DNA of 64,000 bases from Lytechinus variegatus. Lineage: Eukaryota. The DNA lies in contig NC_054742.1 of NCBI RefSeq assembly GCF_018143015.1, positions 16,054,441 through 16,118,440 of the forward strand, written 5' to 3'. This document shows, in pieces, positions 1-12,350 of this stretch. A program made the translations under genes and the position numbers. The notes below the pieces were generated by a model, which saw nothing but the letters and a program-made list of their open reading frames with translations, was not told where the DNA came from and searched no databases. The first letter of the stretch is position 1, and every line of letters starts with the position of its first letter.

Positions 1-204
1 AATATTTGTCGTTTGATTTCTTTTTAAAAAGCCTTCACGGTACACTTCCAACGAATTCGTAAATAGCATTGTTAGGCCGATAAAGACATAATGATATGAT
101 GAAATGCCTAACCGTGACATGCACTTCTAATTCAATCTATGTACATGCGGGGGCTTTTTGACAATTCATTGCATCGGGGTTTGAGGCTGGCCATATTTTA
201 CCTA

Positions 205-352
205 GAGCTGTCATTTTTACCTCTCCCATTATGACCTCTGCCATTTTACCTCTGCCATTATTACCTCTGCAATTTTTACCTCTGCCATTTTTACCTCTGC
301 CATTATTACCTCTGCCATTTTTACCTCTGCCATTATCACCTCTGCCATTTTT
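205..352. repeat. 15-bp minisatellite, about 9-10 copies of CATT(A/T)TTACCTCTGC, embedded in a satellite unit
   Basis: Direct tandem repetition is visible in the sequence. The ORFs 137..466 and 229..426 are its translation artefacts (NGRGKNGRG... and MAEVKMAEV...). Confidence 0.85.
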
Positions 353-480
353 ACACCGAGCGGGCCAGATGGTGATGTATGAGTAAAATATCGTCTGAAA
401 ACATGATTTATAACAAAATATATCATATCTTATGTAATTTACGTGATAAATACTGTATTTAAACATTCAAAATGGCGACC

Positions 481-2775
481 AGTGGCATAAAGAGTATTAT
501 TTATTTATTTATTTATTTTGTTTTATTTATCTTATACTGCAGGGTAGGCCTGTTCAGTTCTTAAAACTGCTTTATAAAGGCGCCCTGCAGTTTAAAATAC
601 ATGTCAAGATAACTATGAAATATATCATAAAAAAACAATCTACGTCAAAAATACAAAATACAAACTAATTAACATCAGAAACAATTAACATCAAAAAAAT
701 TTAGAGTGGGAAGTGACAATTTAAACATACAAGTACATAGCATTGTAAATCAATGGAATATTATTTGGCTCTTCATCAATTCGTATGAAAGGCTTTGCAT
801 ATTTTTTTTTAAATTAACAAGGAGGTACAGGCTTGTAAATTTGAAGGAAGTGCATTAAATAATTTGGGTCCGAAATATGCAAAAGATTTTCTTTTATATT
901 CAGTTCTAGCTTTGGGAAGCTGAAGGGGGCATCGCAAAGAAAACCGTGTCCTGTATTTCACGGGCCGTTTACATACTAAAGGTTTTAAATAATTTGGAAC
1001 TAAATTGTTCATTATTTTATATACAAAAACACACTGATATTTCATACGCTGATCTACTGATTGCCACTTCAGTGACTGCAACAAAGAAATTTGTGATGTA
1101 TTATAATTTTTTTTCAAAAGCATCCTGCCATATTTATTTTGAAGTTTTTGTATCTTATCTAAATGTATTTTTGCACTGCTTCCCCAAGATGTACTACAGT
1201 CATCAATGTAAGGTAAAATCATAGAAAAGTACAGCTTCTTCATGATATCAAAGGACAGTAAATGCTTAATCCGCCTTATACAACCTATTGCTCGAGATAT
1301 TTTACAAACGATATTAGTAATATGTTCACACCAAGTCAAGCCCGGATCGAGCATGACACCTAAGTATTTAATCTTTTTTACATTTTCTAATTGTATGTTC
1401 CTGAAATTCACTGGCATATGAGCAACTTTTTCTTTTGACCAAATACCATGGCTTTTGTTTTTTGCGGGTGTAAATGCACATTATTTAAGTCTAACCATTT
1501 ACATATTGAATCAAAATCATCTTGCAAATACTTTTGTACCTCCTTAATTGATTCACCGTGATTAAAAATGGCGGTATCATCAGCATAGACATTTTAGAAT
1601 GTACATGCAATTTCAAATTACACATGTCATTAATAAAAATACAAAAATCAATGGACCCAATATAGATCCTTGTGGAACACCTGATTTTATCTTTAGAATT
1701 CACTGCGACAATCGTTAATCATTACAAATTGCCTTCTGTCTGTTAAATACGATTCCATCCAGTTGTATTCATCGCCAGTAATACCATAGTACTTAAGTTT
1801 TGCAAGTATAAAATTGTGAGGAATAACATCAAAAGCTTTGCGTAGGTCCAAGAAAATACCACCAGTAACATGTTTCGGTCCATCTTATCATACAAAAAGT
1901 CTGTAATCTCAGTTAGACAAGTGGCAGTGGAATAAGACGGTCTGAAGCCAGACTGACAATTTGCAAGTAGATCATTTACATTTAAGTACTTATACAATTG
2001 ATCATGTACTGCTCTCTCTAGTATTTTGGACAGGACTGGAAGCACAGAAATTGGTCTACAATTGTCAATATCAAAAGATCCTCCCTTATGTACAGGAGCA
2101 ATTCTTGCTCTCTTAAAATCTTCTGGAATAACACTAGTTTGTAAAGTTGCATTAAATAAATGGGTTAAAGGTCCAGCTATACTCTCAGCTGCCAGCTTAA
2201 GAAACTTAGGGTAAATGCCATCTAATCCGATCGCTTTTGAACAATCCATATGTAATAGCTCTTTCAAAACATACTCCTTTTTGATGGCACAAAAATTTAA
2301 ATTCACAATCTGGAATAAAAAGAGTTTGTAAATTGTTTAATAAATCTTTCGATAAATTATTCGAAGGGGCTTGCAACCTTGAGCCGACTTCATTAAAGGC
2401 TTTGTTTAGAACGTGAGCTATTTCATTGTTAGGTATTTGATCATCATCAATTGTTATCTTAACATCATGACTCGTGGTTTTACTTTTCTTGGGTAGAAGC
2501 TTCGATAAAATGTTCCAGTTCATTTTTATTTTTTGTCATTTTCGCAGTCCTTAAATTTGTCCTGATAATACTTCTTTTTCAAATTTTTAATCAAGTTTTT
2601 AGCTCTGTTACGGGAAGACTGAAATTTATTCCACCAATGAATTAATCTTGTTTTTCTAAATTGCTTTCGACAATAATCCCTTTCGCGTGCTATCACCAAA
2701 TAATCATCATTTATCCATTTATTATGTACAAGGGCAATGGCCGGGGCAAAAAAAGTGACAAGAGTGAGCACTAAA
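481..2775 (-). mobile_element. Non-LTR retrotransposon (RTE/CR1-like LINE), 5'-truncated, with a frameshifted reverse transcriptase ORF; 3' tail is a (TAAA/AAATA)n microsatellite at 498-525
   Basis: Minus-strand ORFs 2526..2771, 2206..2523, 1743..2306, 1491..1703 and 809..1417 chain into an RT. Motifs include KAIGLDGIYPKFLK, FRPSYSTATCL and YADDTAIF (found by re-framing the 1491-1703 region). The C-terminal FGPKLFNALP motif is followed by a 3'UTR. The copy is inserted into the ~190-bp satellite, which resumes at 2776. Confidence 0.85.
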
Positions 2776-4460
2776 ATGCATATAATTAAGATAAAATAGT
2801 GGAATAGTGACTAAAAACATCAATGTCAATATGCCGTTTATGTGATAAATGCGGTATTTTGACATTCAAAATGGTCGCCATAATCCCTATATTTATTATG
2901 TACAATGCGAATGGAGAAACTAATTTTCACAAGAGTGAGATTCATAAAATGCATATGACTGTGATATACGAGTAGAAATATTGTCTTAAACATGATTTCT
3001 AACTTGATAAATCACATATTGGTTGTGGAGGTAATAAATGCTGTACTTTGAAATCCAAAATGGCTGCCATAGGTCCTAAAAGTATTATGTACATTGTAAC
3101 ATTGGACATATATAATTTTGACATAATTTGGCTTTGTTTGACTCTAAATATTGCCTATAATTGTGAATTCTGATGCAAGGGTGAAATGTTGTCTAAAACC
3201 ATGGTTTCTAACAAGATATATCATAATGTAGTGTATTTGATTAAGGTGATAAACACTGCATTTTTAAATTGAAAATGGCCACCATAGGCCCTTACCGTAT
3301 AATATACAATTTGAGTGTAGACAAATAATGTTCACAAAAAGGGCATATGGCAGCCATTTTGAATGTTGAAATACAGTATTTATCACCTAAATTACATAAG
3401 AGATGATATATTTTGTTATAAATCGTGTTTACAGACGATATTTCACTTATACATCACCATTTGGCCAAGCAAAGCCAAATTCTGTTGAAATAATTTGTAC
3501 CCATTCACATTGTGCATAATATCATAAGGGCCTGTATCGGTCATTTCGACTTTCCAATAACAGTATTAATCACCTAACTGGCAGAATAAATGATATCTCT
3601 TAATATAAATTATGCTTTCGGGCAATAATTCTACTCATAGATCACTAATACTTGCATTTATGCAGGTGCTCATATTGGTTTCCCACCTTGCATTGTGCAT
3701 AATACTGTTAATGTCTATGGCGGCCATTTTGAAAGTAAAACTACAGTATTTAACACAAACTTTTAACCTGAATGATATATTTCGTTAGAAAAAATGTTTT
3801 TAAACCGTATCCCATTAGTTTATCACATATATATGCATTTTAGTGATCACTCTTGTGATTTCTTTGCCCCTCTTTCTCATTGTGTGCATAATATTTTTAG
3901 GGCCTTTGGCAGCCATTTTGAAAATCAAAATACAACATTCATCACAATACATGGCATATTAATGATATATTTCGTTAACAGTTATGTTTTAGTCAGTATT
4001 CCACTCGTGTAATCTTAATAATATGCATTTTAGTGATCACTCTTGTGAATTTTGGGCCCCCATTGCCATTGTACGCAATACTGTTTGGGCCAGTGGCGGC
4101 CATTTTAGATATCAAAATACAGAAATCTTCCCATTTATGATATAATGAATGATATATCTCGTTAGTAATAATGATTTGCATATATCACTTCGTTCATACA
4201 TCGCGACTTTTTGCAGTTTCGTGCTCACTTTTGCGAAAGCTAGTTTTCCCTCTTTATATTGTGCTTAATAGAGTATTCAATGGACTTTGGCGGCCATTTT
4301 GAATATGAGGAAAATAAATATTTTGTCAAAAATTAATTTTTCAGAGAGTATCTTACTCCTGCCACACAATTTCATGCATTTCGTAGCAAATGTGCGGAAA
4401 ATTTTAGGATTTTTATGGGTAATTTGCATATTTTGGCGGCCATATTGGATTTTGCCAATT
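2776..4460. repeat. ~190-bp satellite array with a GGCGGCCATTTTGAA core per unit. Units are in one orientation up to about 3335 and the inverse orientation beyond, giving an inverted arrangement.
   Basis: The CAAAATGG(C/T)(C/G)GCCA motif recurs at 2866, 3056 and 3270. Its reverse complement GGC(A/G)GCCATTTTGAA recurs at 3340, 3718, 3905, 4095, 4288 and 4433. Bases 355-480 upstream of the LINE are the reverse complement of 3361-3450, so the LINE sits inside the array. Confidence 0.8.
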
Positions 4461-5050
4461 TGTGGAAAATGCTCAAGGTTACACGAGTGGCATCATTCAG
4501 ATTCGTAATCAGCAACCTCGAATTGACAAGAAACCATTAAAAAATATTGTATATATAAAAAAACAAGGTTACACCTCTTCTATCCTGGACTACAACTTTC
4601 AATGTGTCGTCGAAACCATGACATCTTCGGTAAGAAATAAAATTTCCATTATCATTCGGTTTTGATATTCCAATAGTTGGGATGGAAAACTTCCATTTAT
4701 CAATCGATGAAAGCAAAAGAATTTAATGATGGACATTTTCATCTTAAGCAAGAATGTTGGAAAGGTACTTTCAACATACGCTATTGCATTCAGATAATCA
4801 TTAATCCAGGTTAAGTTTGAAAAAGTAAGTAATCGTGTTTATTCGATGAAACGCCACAATTTGACGAGAAAATCTTGAAACATGATGCTGTGTCGTTTCC
4901 ATTAATACCGAATATTTTTTCATTTCTATAATTCAGCGTAAAACAAGTAAAGTAAAAAAGAAATATAAAACGTTTACTTTTCATTTTTTTAAATCTTATT
5001 TTCCAATTGTGGTTATTGTCTATGGGCGATTCCAAGCAAAAGTGAACATA

Positions 5051-5220
5051 CACTCTAAAAAATGAAGTGCTAATTCAGCTCTTAAAGAACGTGTATAGTG
5101 ACTGCACTTCGGAGTGCTGATTTGTCTAGTTCAAATTTGAACAAGAAAAATCAGCACTCCGAAGTGCAGTCACTATACACATTCTTTAAGAGCTGAATTA
5201 GCACTTCATTTTTTAGAGTG
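5051..5220. mobile_element. Tc1/mariner-type MITE (Stowaway-like), 170 bp, nearly a perfect hairpin, TIR CACTCTAAAAA, TA target-site duplication
   Basis: CACTCTAAAAAATGAAGTGC...GCACTTCATTTTTTAGAGTG are flanked by TA at 5049-5050 and 5221-5222. A second copy lies at 18597-18770. Confidence 0.8.
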
Positions 5221-5712
5221 TATAAAAAAAATCATTTCGGTTCTATTTTTAATCTGGATTAGTGTTTTATATTAAAACTCACATGGAAGTTCATGAATGC
5301 AAAGGGGGTCATATTAGCCTCATTTTTTTTCATACGCATCTCCAAGTACATTGAAATAGGAGAATCCAAACAATACAAAAATTATATACATGGGACTACA
5401 TACACTTTTTCTTTACTTAATTGCAATTTAACAGAAGCTTTTTGTTTTTATTGGATAATATGAAGGTCATCATTTTATATCATACTTATTAAAGGAAAAA
5501 TTTCAAAAATAAGTTGCGGGAAAGGTTTAAAAATGTCATGGTGCAGGACAAAGAGTAATGCGACTGACCAGAGATTTTTCTATCCACAAGAGAAACTCAA
5601 AGTTGCTTTCCAAATTTAAATGTCTTTATTTGACACTTTTATGCAAGAGATGTTTTGCAGGTATTAAAAAAAATTAAAACGTAATCAGTCACGTTTTTTC
5701 CATGTCCTTATA

Positions 5713-6700
5713 CAGTGCGTATCAAAAAAAAAGTTTACACAAAAAATCCTGTAAAATTATTCATTTGTAATATCCTGAAGATTTTTCCATATTTTAGCAT
5801 TGGTACAAGTCCATTTAAGCAGATGACGATATAACTGTCGAAAAATATTTCCGCTTGAGTGAGCACCACTTACTTTTGAAAAGTTAGTGAAAAATGATTT
5901 GCGCAGAACTTCGAAATAGTTATGCGAATAAAAGTAGACCTTAATCATGAAAAACACGTTGAATTTAGCTAATAAAATTGATTTGAAGATATCTTTTACT
6001 TTTTTAACTTGTTTCATTGCCCAAAACACTTCGAAGAGTGCATTGCACCCCACCCCCCCCCTCCCCCTCACACCAAGACCATCGTGATGGTATTTGCTTT
6101 GCACTGAGCTGTGATCCACATGAAATGGCTTAGGCTTTATTTTCATTTTGTTTATAACTGTCAAGCCTGGGAAAAGTCTGGAGAAGCAAGTATTAAATGA
6201 AAAATAAAATGTAAACCCACATTAATTGATAAAAACTTAGTGAAACAAATGCTGGAGATGTCTGATTTAAACTTTTGGTCAGATTCAGTTATGTCCTCAG
6301 ATCCAGCTGGCACAAAAAGGGTAAAGGTTGTGCTTAATAAGTGTTGAAATTTCAATTTTGGTGGCAAAATTGTTCTAAAATGCTTTAATGTATACGTTTT
6401 ATTTTAATTGACTAAAAGTGGAAGGGAAATGTATGAGAAATGTTTCGCAGGATAAGTTTGATTTCACCCTTTCCCCTCGACACAGCGTGAAAACGGGCAT
6501 TTCTGCGCAAACAGATTTCTGCGAGCTTTACAAAAATGGACAGTACTCACTCAAGTGTAACATTCTGTCAAAACTTTCACTTTCATTTGATAGATGAGAC
6601 CCAAACCCAGGAATATGTGTTTAAAAATTACCTACATGTTGTATATTTTTTTAATTCCCAGGGCTTTTTCAAAGTGTAAACTTTTTTTTGATACGCACTG
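5713..6700. mobile_element. Tc1-like non-autonomous DNA transposon, 988 bp, with 28-bp TIRs CAGTGCGTATCAAAAAAAAAGTTTACAC and TA TSD
   Basis: A terminal inverted repeat is seen at 5713-5740 and 6673-6700. TA flanks both ends. The CAGTG terminus is typical of Tc1. No intact transposase ORF is present inside. Confidence 0.75.
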
Positions 6701-7319
6701 TATAATGTTACTATCACAAGAAGAACATTAATTTACCTGCAATTGCAAGGGGAATGCATTTTTTCCCTGATTTTTTTTAATGACCGAATGTATGGATGCT
6801 GAAGATTGTGCGAATCATTTTTCTGACCTTTTTTGTATTTGAAATTGAAGAAATACTTAGATGAATTGTTTTACTGTTTTCTGAGCTGACTGATCCCGCT
6901 GCTCTTTTAAAAAACACTCTTGTAGACTTTGTCAATGAAAACAATTGTGACAAAAGCTTTTCTGAAGTGTAAAACTGAGTCGCCTCAGTTAACGATTTTT
7001 CAAAAACGTGCAAAATTGTAATCTTACATTAATTAATTCATTCGGCCATGAACAACAAGAGTAAAAAAATCAATGAATATCTGGGAATTCTCTTTTCATC
7101 GTCAGGTATAATTAGAAGCGTTGGTGGTCAACTCTCTTAATCTGGATTATCTTTGAATACGCATGGCAGGAAAAGGCAAACGAGCTAGTTGCTATTGCTA
7201 TTTATCGAGATTAATTTCACTTAGCAATGTATTTGATTCGTCGCGTGATCCATCCACAGATTATAAAATTGTAAGATGTATTTATGATTCATTGTCCTTT
7301 CATTTAAAATCATTGTCAA

Positions 7320-8270
7320 AAGTTTGACCTTTCTACTTTATGATCAGGCCTGTACCTATGTTGAATTTCTTTACTTCCAGGGTTGGATCCAACTATCTTC
7401 AATAGGATGTGACGGCGAAATATTTGTATCCACATACAGATTAATAATGCGAGCGCGAAGAGCGAGTAGAAATTTAGAAAAGACTGACCTGAAAAGTGAC
7501 AGATTTGCAGTGGCTCATGAGGAGGATATATATCTAATTAACAAAATAGGCCTAATGCGAGCGAGAACCACGGGCTGGATATTGTCGATAGTTTGAAAAC
7601 TTGACATTCTAACATCATGTGAGCGCGAAATGCGAACAGAAGTATTTTTATATTCCGATCTGAAGAAAGAAAAGATTTAGGAGGTTTGTAATAAAGAACG
7701 AGATATGAATCAGGTAAACTACTATTCCAGACGCAAAGCGTGTGTGATTTTTTTAAGGTAGATTCTTTAAAATTCTACTCAACTTTTATTATCATGAAAA
7801 TGATAATGATAAATAAAAGATGCGAGCGAGAGGCGTGAGCTGATTTTTCTTAGATCTGAAAACTGTATATTTTAACAACGTTCTCAAATAAAGAAAGAAG
7901 TACTTATTTCAATATTAAAAAATCAATGCGAGTGTGAAGGTCGAGTTATTTTTTTTTTAAATACATATAGACCCAAAAGGAATATTGATATTACAATAAA
8001 TGATGACAGCGCGAAGTGCGAACTGATTTTAGTCGCAATTAAGACCTACAAACGGGTCATCATGGACAAGAAGATTGTCTATGCGATATTTATTCACTTC
8101 ATAACTTCCTTACACAGTGCTTGAAATTGACCTTAAATTGATTCTTTTTCAGATCGGAGCTCAATTTCTTCAGCTCGCGCTTCGCGCTCGCATTATTGAT
8201 TTTCATAATAATAAAAGAAATGTATTTAGAATGCCCAGATTCTAGGTCTAAATCTAAAACACATAGTGCA
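7320..8270. repeat. Array of ~120-150-bp minisatellite units sharing the core ATGCGAGCGCGAAGCGCGAGC. Orientation flips near 8150. It is the internal array of a degraded composite DNA element.
   Basis: The same core recurs at 15940-16800, 21040-21400, 51470-51960 and 59340-59800 (reverse complement). Each of those sits inside a TIR-bounded element. The 8230-8300 end carries GAATGCCCAGATTCTAGGTCTAAATC and CAGTGGCGTAAC motifs, as the other copies do. Confidence 0.7.
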
Positions 8271-8332
8271 GTGGCGTAACAGGCGGGGGCAAGCTGTCGG
8301 ATTTCACCGGGAAAATAAAAAACGGGACAGGG

Positions 8333-8380
8333 AGAAAGAAAGAAAGAAAGAAAGAAAGAAGGAAAGAAAGAAAGAAAAAA
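8333..8380. repeat. (GAAA)n microsatellite
   Basis: GAAAGAAAGAAAGAAAGAAGGAAAGAAAGAAAG is directly visible. ORFs 8099..8476 and 8266..8457 are its translation artefacts. Confidence 0.9.
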
Positions 8381-9069
8381 AATACATTGCAATAAGCTTC
8401 GCGTTGAAGCACTGGCATACAAGGGGGAGGGGTGATTCCAAGACCAAGGGGAAATAAAAGAAAATAAACGAGGCAACCATATGAAATAAATGGAAAATAA
8501 TGAAATATTACATGTTATTTGCTAAGATGTAAAAAGCTATCACGTAATTAGAATTTCATTTCGAAAGGCCACTTTTTTTCTGGCTCGCTTCGCTCGCAGG
8601 TGACTTTTTACAAATTTCCCCACAATTCCGATGGTTTGTCCGCTTAAAATATTTGGATTATCAAGCAACTGCGTTGAATTAGTGTGTTGTGTGAAAGCTA
8701 TTACGGCCTATATACAAGCGATTCGATTAAAAAATAGCGGCCATCTGTAAGGTTTAAAATGGCTTTAATATCATAGAGAATACCATACGCGTGACAGTGT
8801 CCTGTGGAAGGGTTTGGACCATGGCCCCTAAAAGCAAAGGAATAGTATACGATTTTTTTCTTTCGGAAATCGGAATAGTACGTCAAAGTCTATTCAAATT
8901 TAGTTAGATTCTCATGAAAAGATGCATTTTTCTCGCTCGCTTCGCTTATATCAAAAGAAACCAAAATGCAGTGAGAAAATCCATCTTATCAGAAAGAATA
9001 AAATGAGGGGAGCGATCTAAAACTTGTGATATCAAAATCGGTAATAGAATAAGCGAGTTACGGGAGTTT

Positions 9070-9385
9070 GAAAACTCATGTTGCACTTTTTATGGGGATC
9101 CTCAAATTGGCAAACGTGTTTCAAAATGGCTGATTTTGTGGACAACTCTCCATTTTTTTTACACAAATTTTCCCAATCATCTTCTAAATTGCTTCTTGCC
9201 TCCTTCTGAGCACATGGGAAAATATAATTCACACCACATATGTCAATGTCAGGCGGAGATAAGGTGAAATGTGTAAAATACAGGGGAAATCTGGAAATTT
9301 ATGAACAAAACAAATGGAGAGTTGTTCACTAAAAAAAGCCATTTTGAAGCATTTTTGTCAATTTGAGGATCATACAGAAAGTTAA
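9070..9385. repeat. Foldback-type inverted repeat with ~60-bp arms and a ~190-bp spacer; possible MITE
   Basis: 9070-9140 is the reverse complement of 9330-9385 (AGCCATTTTGAAGCATTTTTGTCAATTTGAGGATC). Confidence 0.55.
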
Positions 9386-11439
9386 ACAAGACTTTTTAAA
9401 CGTCCATAACTTGCTTATTTTGAAACCGATTTTGATCAAACATGTTTTAATTCATTTTACTCTTTCCAATAAAATTGCTTTTCTTCTTGGGTTTGGTTTC
9501 CTATAAGGAAAATTTTGCCACATGCGCCATACTGTGCAACCTATATATTTATTTTTAAGGCGAAGTATGGAGCTTCACCCTAATGCTCGTGCCCAGTCAT
9601 AATAATAATGTTCACAGTGCCGTACAGGCCAAGAAAGAAATAGAAATTTTAGCCTCATCACCGCTCATCACGCTATTTCATGTTAAAACCATCAAATGGC
9701 AGGGAAATTTTTGGCTCTTGCCCCCCCCCCCACCGACCATTTCGATCAGTCCAGAACGCGTTTTAAAAATTTCTCCCTGCGATCGGCGCTCGCAGTAATT
9801 ATTTAGTTACATATGCATCTTTTTCAGGATCACTAACATTGCTTAGAATGTTTAATTTTAAGGACAAAAATGTATTAATGTTGTTTTGTAATAATAAAGC
9901 TAAGAAGTGATTGTTAGGGTTATCCCTTCAGAAAACTAAGAAAATCTACTTTAAACGGCCGATCGGGAAAGATAATTTTTTTATGCCCCCCCCCCCTATT
10001 TGCGAAAGCTGGATTCGCCCGGGTAAGAGTCCTCAGTTTGTACAATCTATCCCATTCATCTGTAGCAGAACACGCCCTTAATACAGGACGCAATAATGGA
10101 TAAAATGACAGCCGAATAATTGACTTTGAAAGTGCATGTAACTTTTGAAAAAGAAAGGTGAAAGAATCACTTTGGATTAAATTGATTAACCCAGTACTTA
10201 ATAGAGACTCTGTTGCAATGATTAAGAGACACATAGCTATGCAGACAACAGGCAGTATTGTGTGTGACTGATCACTTTGCACGAGTTAGTCCACAGGATT
10301 GGAAAAAAAAAGATCGCCATAAATATTGTTCAGGTTAGTAAAAGTTTTAACATTAAATATATATGTATTCATTTCCAACAAATTAAAGTTTTCTGGATCA
10401 TCAGTTTTATATGATTAAATTCTTTTTATAATGTAGTTTAATCAAACATGTTTTTACCTTTGATTGTTCTAAAATGCAAGAAATTCATATTTGAGGGATC
10501 CGGTCCGATCGTGATAACTCGAATAATTTCCTAGACGATCGTGCTTTCTTATTTTCTGCCCGACCAATCTATGAAAACCCTGGATAAAGACTTCTATCAT
10601 TGAACCGCTGTGATCATGCAAATTAAAACGGAATCAGCTGTATCTATTTGATAATAATAGTAATAATAATAATAATCTACTGATGAAGGAAATAATAAAT
10701 TTGAAAATGCATTATTGGTAATTGATGTTAACTTACCTCTTCTGCGGTATTCCTCAACATCCATTGTTGAGATAAATATGCACTGTGAATTACATGAGAA
10801 TACTCTGCTATCACTGTCGCCTCATCTACTCTTGTGAAGAGTCCTCTTTAAAAAAAGTAAACTGTCAACAAACTTATCTGTTCTTTTGATTTCGGTTTGA
10901 TTTGTCGAATCAGAGCAGTGTTCGTTTTTCAATTTCACATATGTAATGTTCAAATAGGATAGTCTAAACCTTGTAGATTACTGTACAGTGCTTCTCCCGT
11001 TCATCGTTGCAGTTCCTGTTTGCTCCGAGCAATCTGACAGGCTTTCAATTATCGTAATGGCTCGAGAAACAAAATATACAATTATTGAAGATGCTTCAAT
11101 GCACGTCTCTTTCTTTGAATAGTAAAGAAAGAAGATGCAAGGAGATGGTGGTCGACCATGTAATCAAATTTGATATGGAATGTTAGAATCGGTGCAAAGA
11201 TTTAGCGTTTCTAAATGGAAGACATAGATGCAATTTTCAATCACTTGATTTCTATGCTACAACCGGCGTCGATGTCTGCCATAGATTTGCTCTGACGTTG
11301 AACTACTCGTATTTTTTTTCTAGTTCACCTTGCTCTATTAGTTGTAAATGTAGCAGAATAGTTGGCTCCATTCACTAGGGGAAAGATTTATACTGGAGGT
11401 TTTATAGCTCCGAGTACGGGAGTGTACGGAGTTCAGCCG

Positions 11440-11613
11440 AGGCGTTACTTCATCGACCAATCATGTCATTGGAAAGGCCACTTCCGAGTTTGCGCAGTTC
11501 AATTCAGTTTCCATCGCCATGAACACGCAGCACCAGCGACTCGAGCGCAACACCAGACACCAAGTTAAAAGGAGGGGCATTGATCTCCTCAAAATTGGTC
11601 AGCAGTCGACTAG
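11440..11613 (+). promoter_or_regulatory. Candidate promoter plus first coding exon. A palindromic double CCAAT box GACCAATCATGTCATTGG lies at 11455-11472. An ATG at 11519 opens a 31-codon ORF ending at a GTATTT donor at 11614.
   Basis: CpG density is locally elevated across 10960-11620. The CCAAT/ATTGG pair sits about 50 bp upstream of ATGAACACGCAGCACCAG...CAGTCGACTAG|gtattt. No downstream exons were identified, so this stays speculative. Confidence 0.25.
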
Positions 11614-11961
11614 GTATTTTAACTGATATATTTATCCACATTGCGGACGCATGTCTATATTATTTCAAACATTGTGTGTGTAGGTGAGGGTGTGTTCGAG
11701 GGCGAGTGTGTGTGCGGAATCAACTGATGTAGGAAATAAATGTATGTCTCCGAAGATAATGTATTAGTTTCGTAACTGAAAGTGATATGAAAATACCCAT
11801 TTTGTCCCTTTATTAAACTCAAACAATTTAGTATTTTAATCATCACTTGAATGCTGAGGTTGAGCTCAGGTATTTGATTACAGTGCAAAGCGAAACATCA
11901 TTTTCTTGTGTTATCAGAACTTCAATAAGAAAGAAAAAATATGATCTTGTTATATTAGGCG

Positions 11962-12350
11962 TGATAATGATTTATTCACATTCTTATATTCATTTATTTT
12001 AATGTTCATTGATATTTGATTTGTTTAATTACCAATCAATGTAATTCAATCAATTGGTATTTATTCGCTTATAATTATTTTTTTTATTTTAAGTAGTTTA
12101 TTCTTTGATATTCACTTTTCCTTCCATGAGCAAAACTATAGTTTTGCTCATGGAAGGAAAAGTGATTATAGTTTTGCTCATGGAAGGAAAAGTGAATATC
12201 AAAGAATAAACTACTTAAAATAAAAAAATAATTATAAGCGAATAAATACCAATTGATTGAATTACATTGATTGGTAATTACACAAATCATATATCAATGA
12301 ACATTAAAATAAATGAATATAAGGATGTGAATAAATCATATAAATACTAA
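11962..12350. repeat. Near-perfect long palindrome with ~185-bp arms centred near 12156; hairpin or foldback element
   Basis: 11962-12150 is the reverse complement of 12160-12350. The centre reads ...TTTCCTTCCATGAGCAAAACTATAGTTTTGCTCATGGAAGGAAA... with an internal duplication. Confidence 0.85.

Noticed and set aside
137-466. ORFs with NGRGKNGRG... and MAEVKMAEV... periodic peptides
   Set aside because: They are translations of the 15-bp minisatellite at 205-352. They have no gene-like context.
7320-8270. Regularly spaced GCGAGCGCGAAGCGCGAGC repeats separated by variable ~100-130-bp sequences, which superficially resemble a CRISPR repeat-spacer array. The same arrays occur at 15940-16800, 21040-21400, 51470-51960 and 59340-59800.
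   Set aside because: The context is eukaryotic, with spliced genes, LINEs and SINEs. The repeats are degenerate, the spacers are long and partly homologous to each other, and the arrays lie inside TIR-bounded transposons with TSDs. They are minisatellite cargo, not CRISPR.
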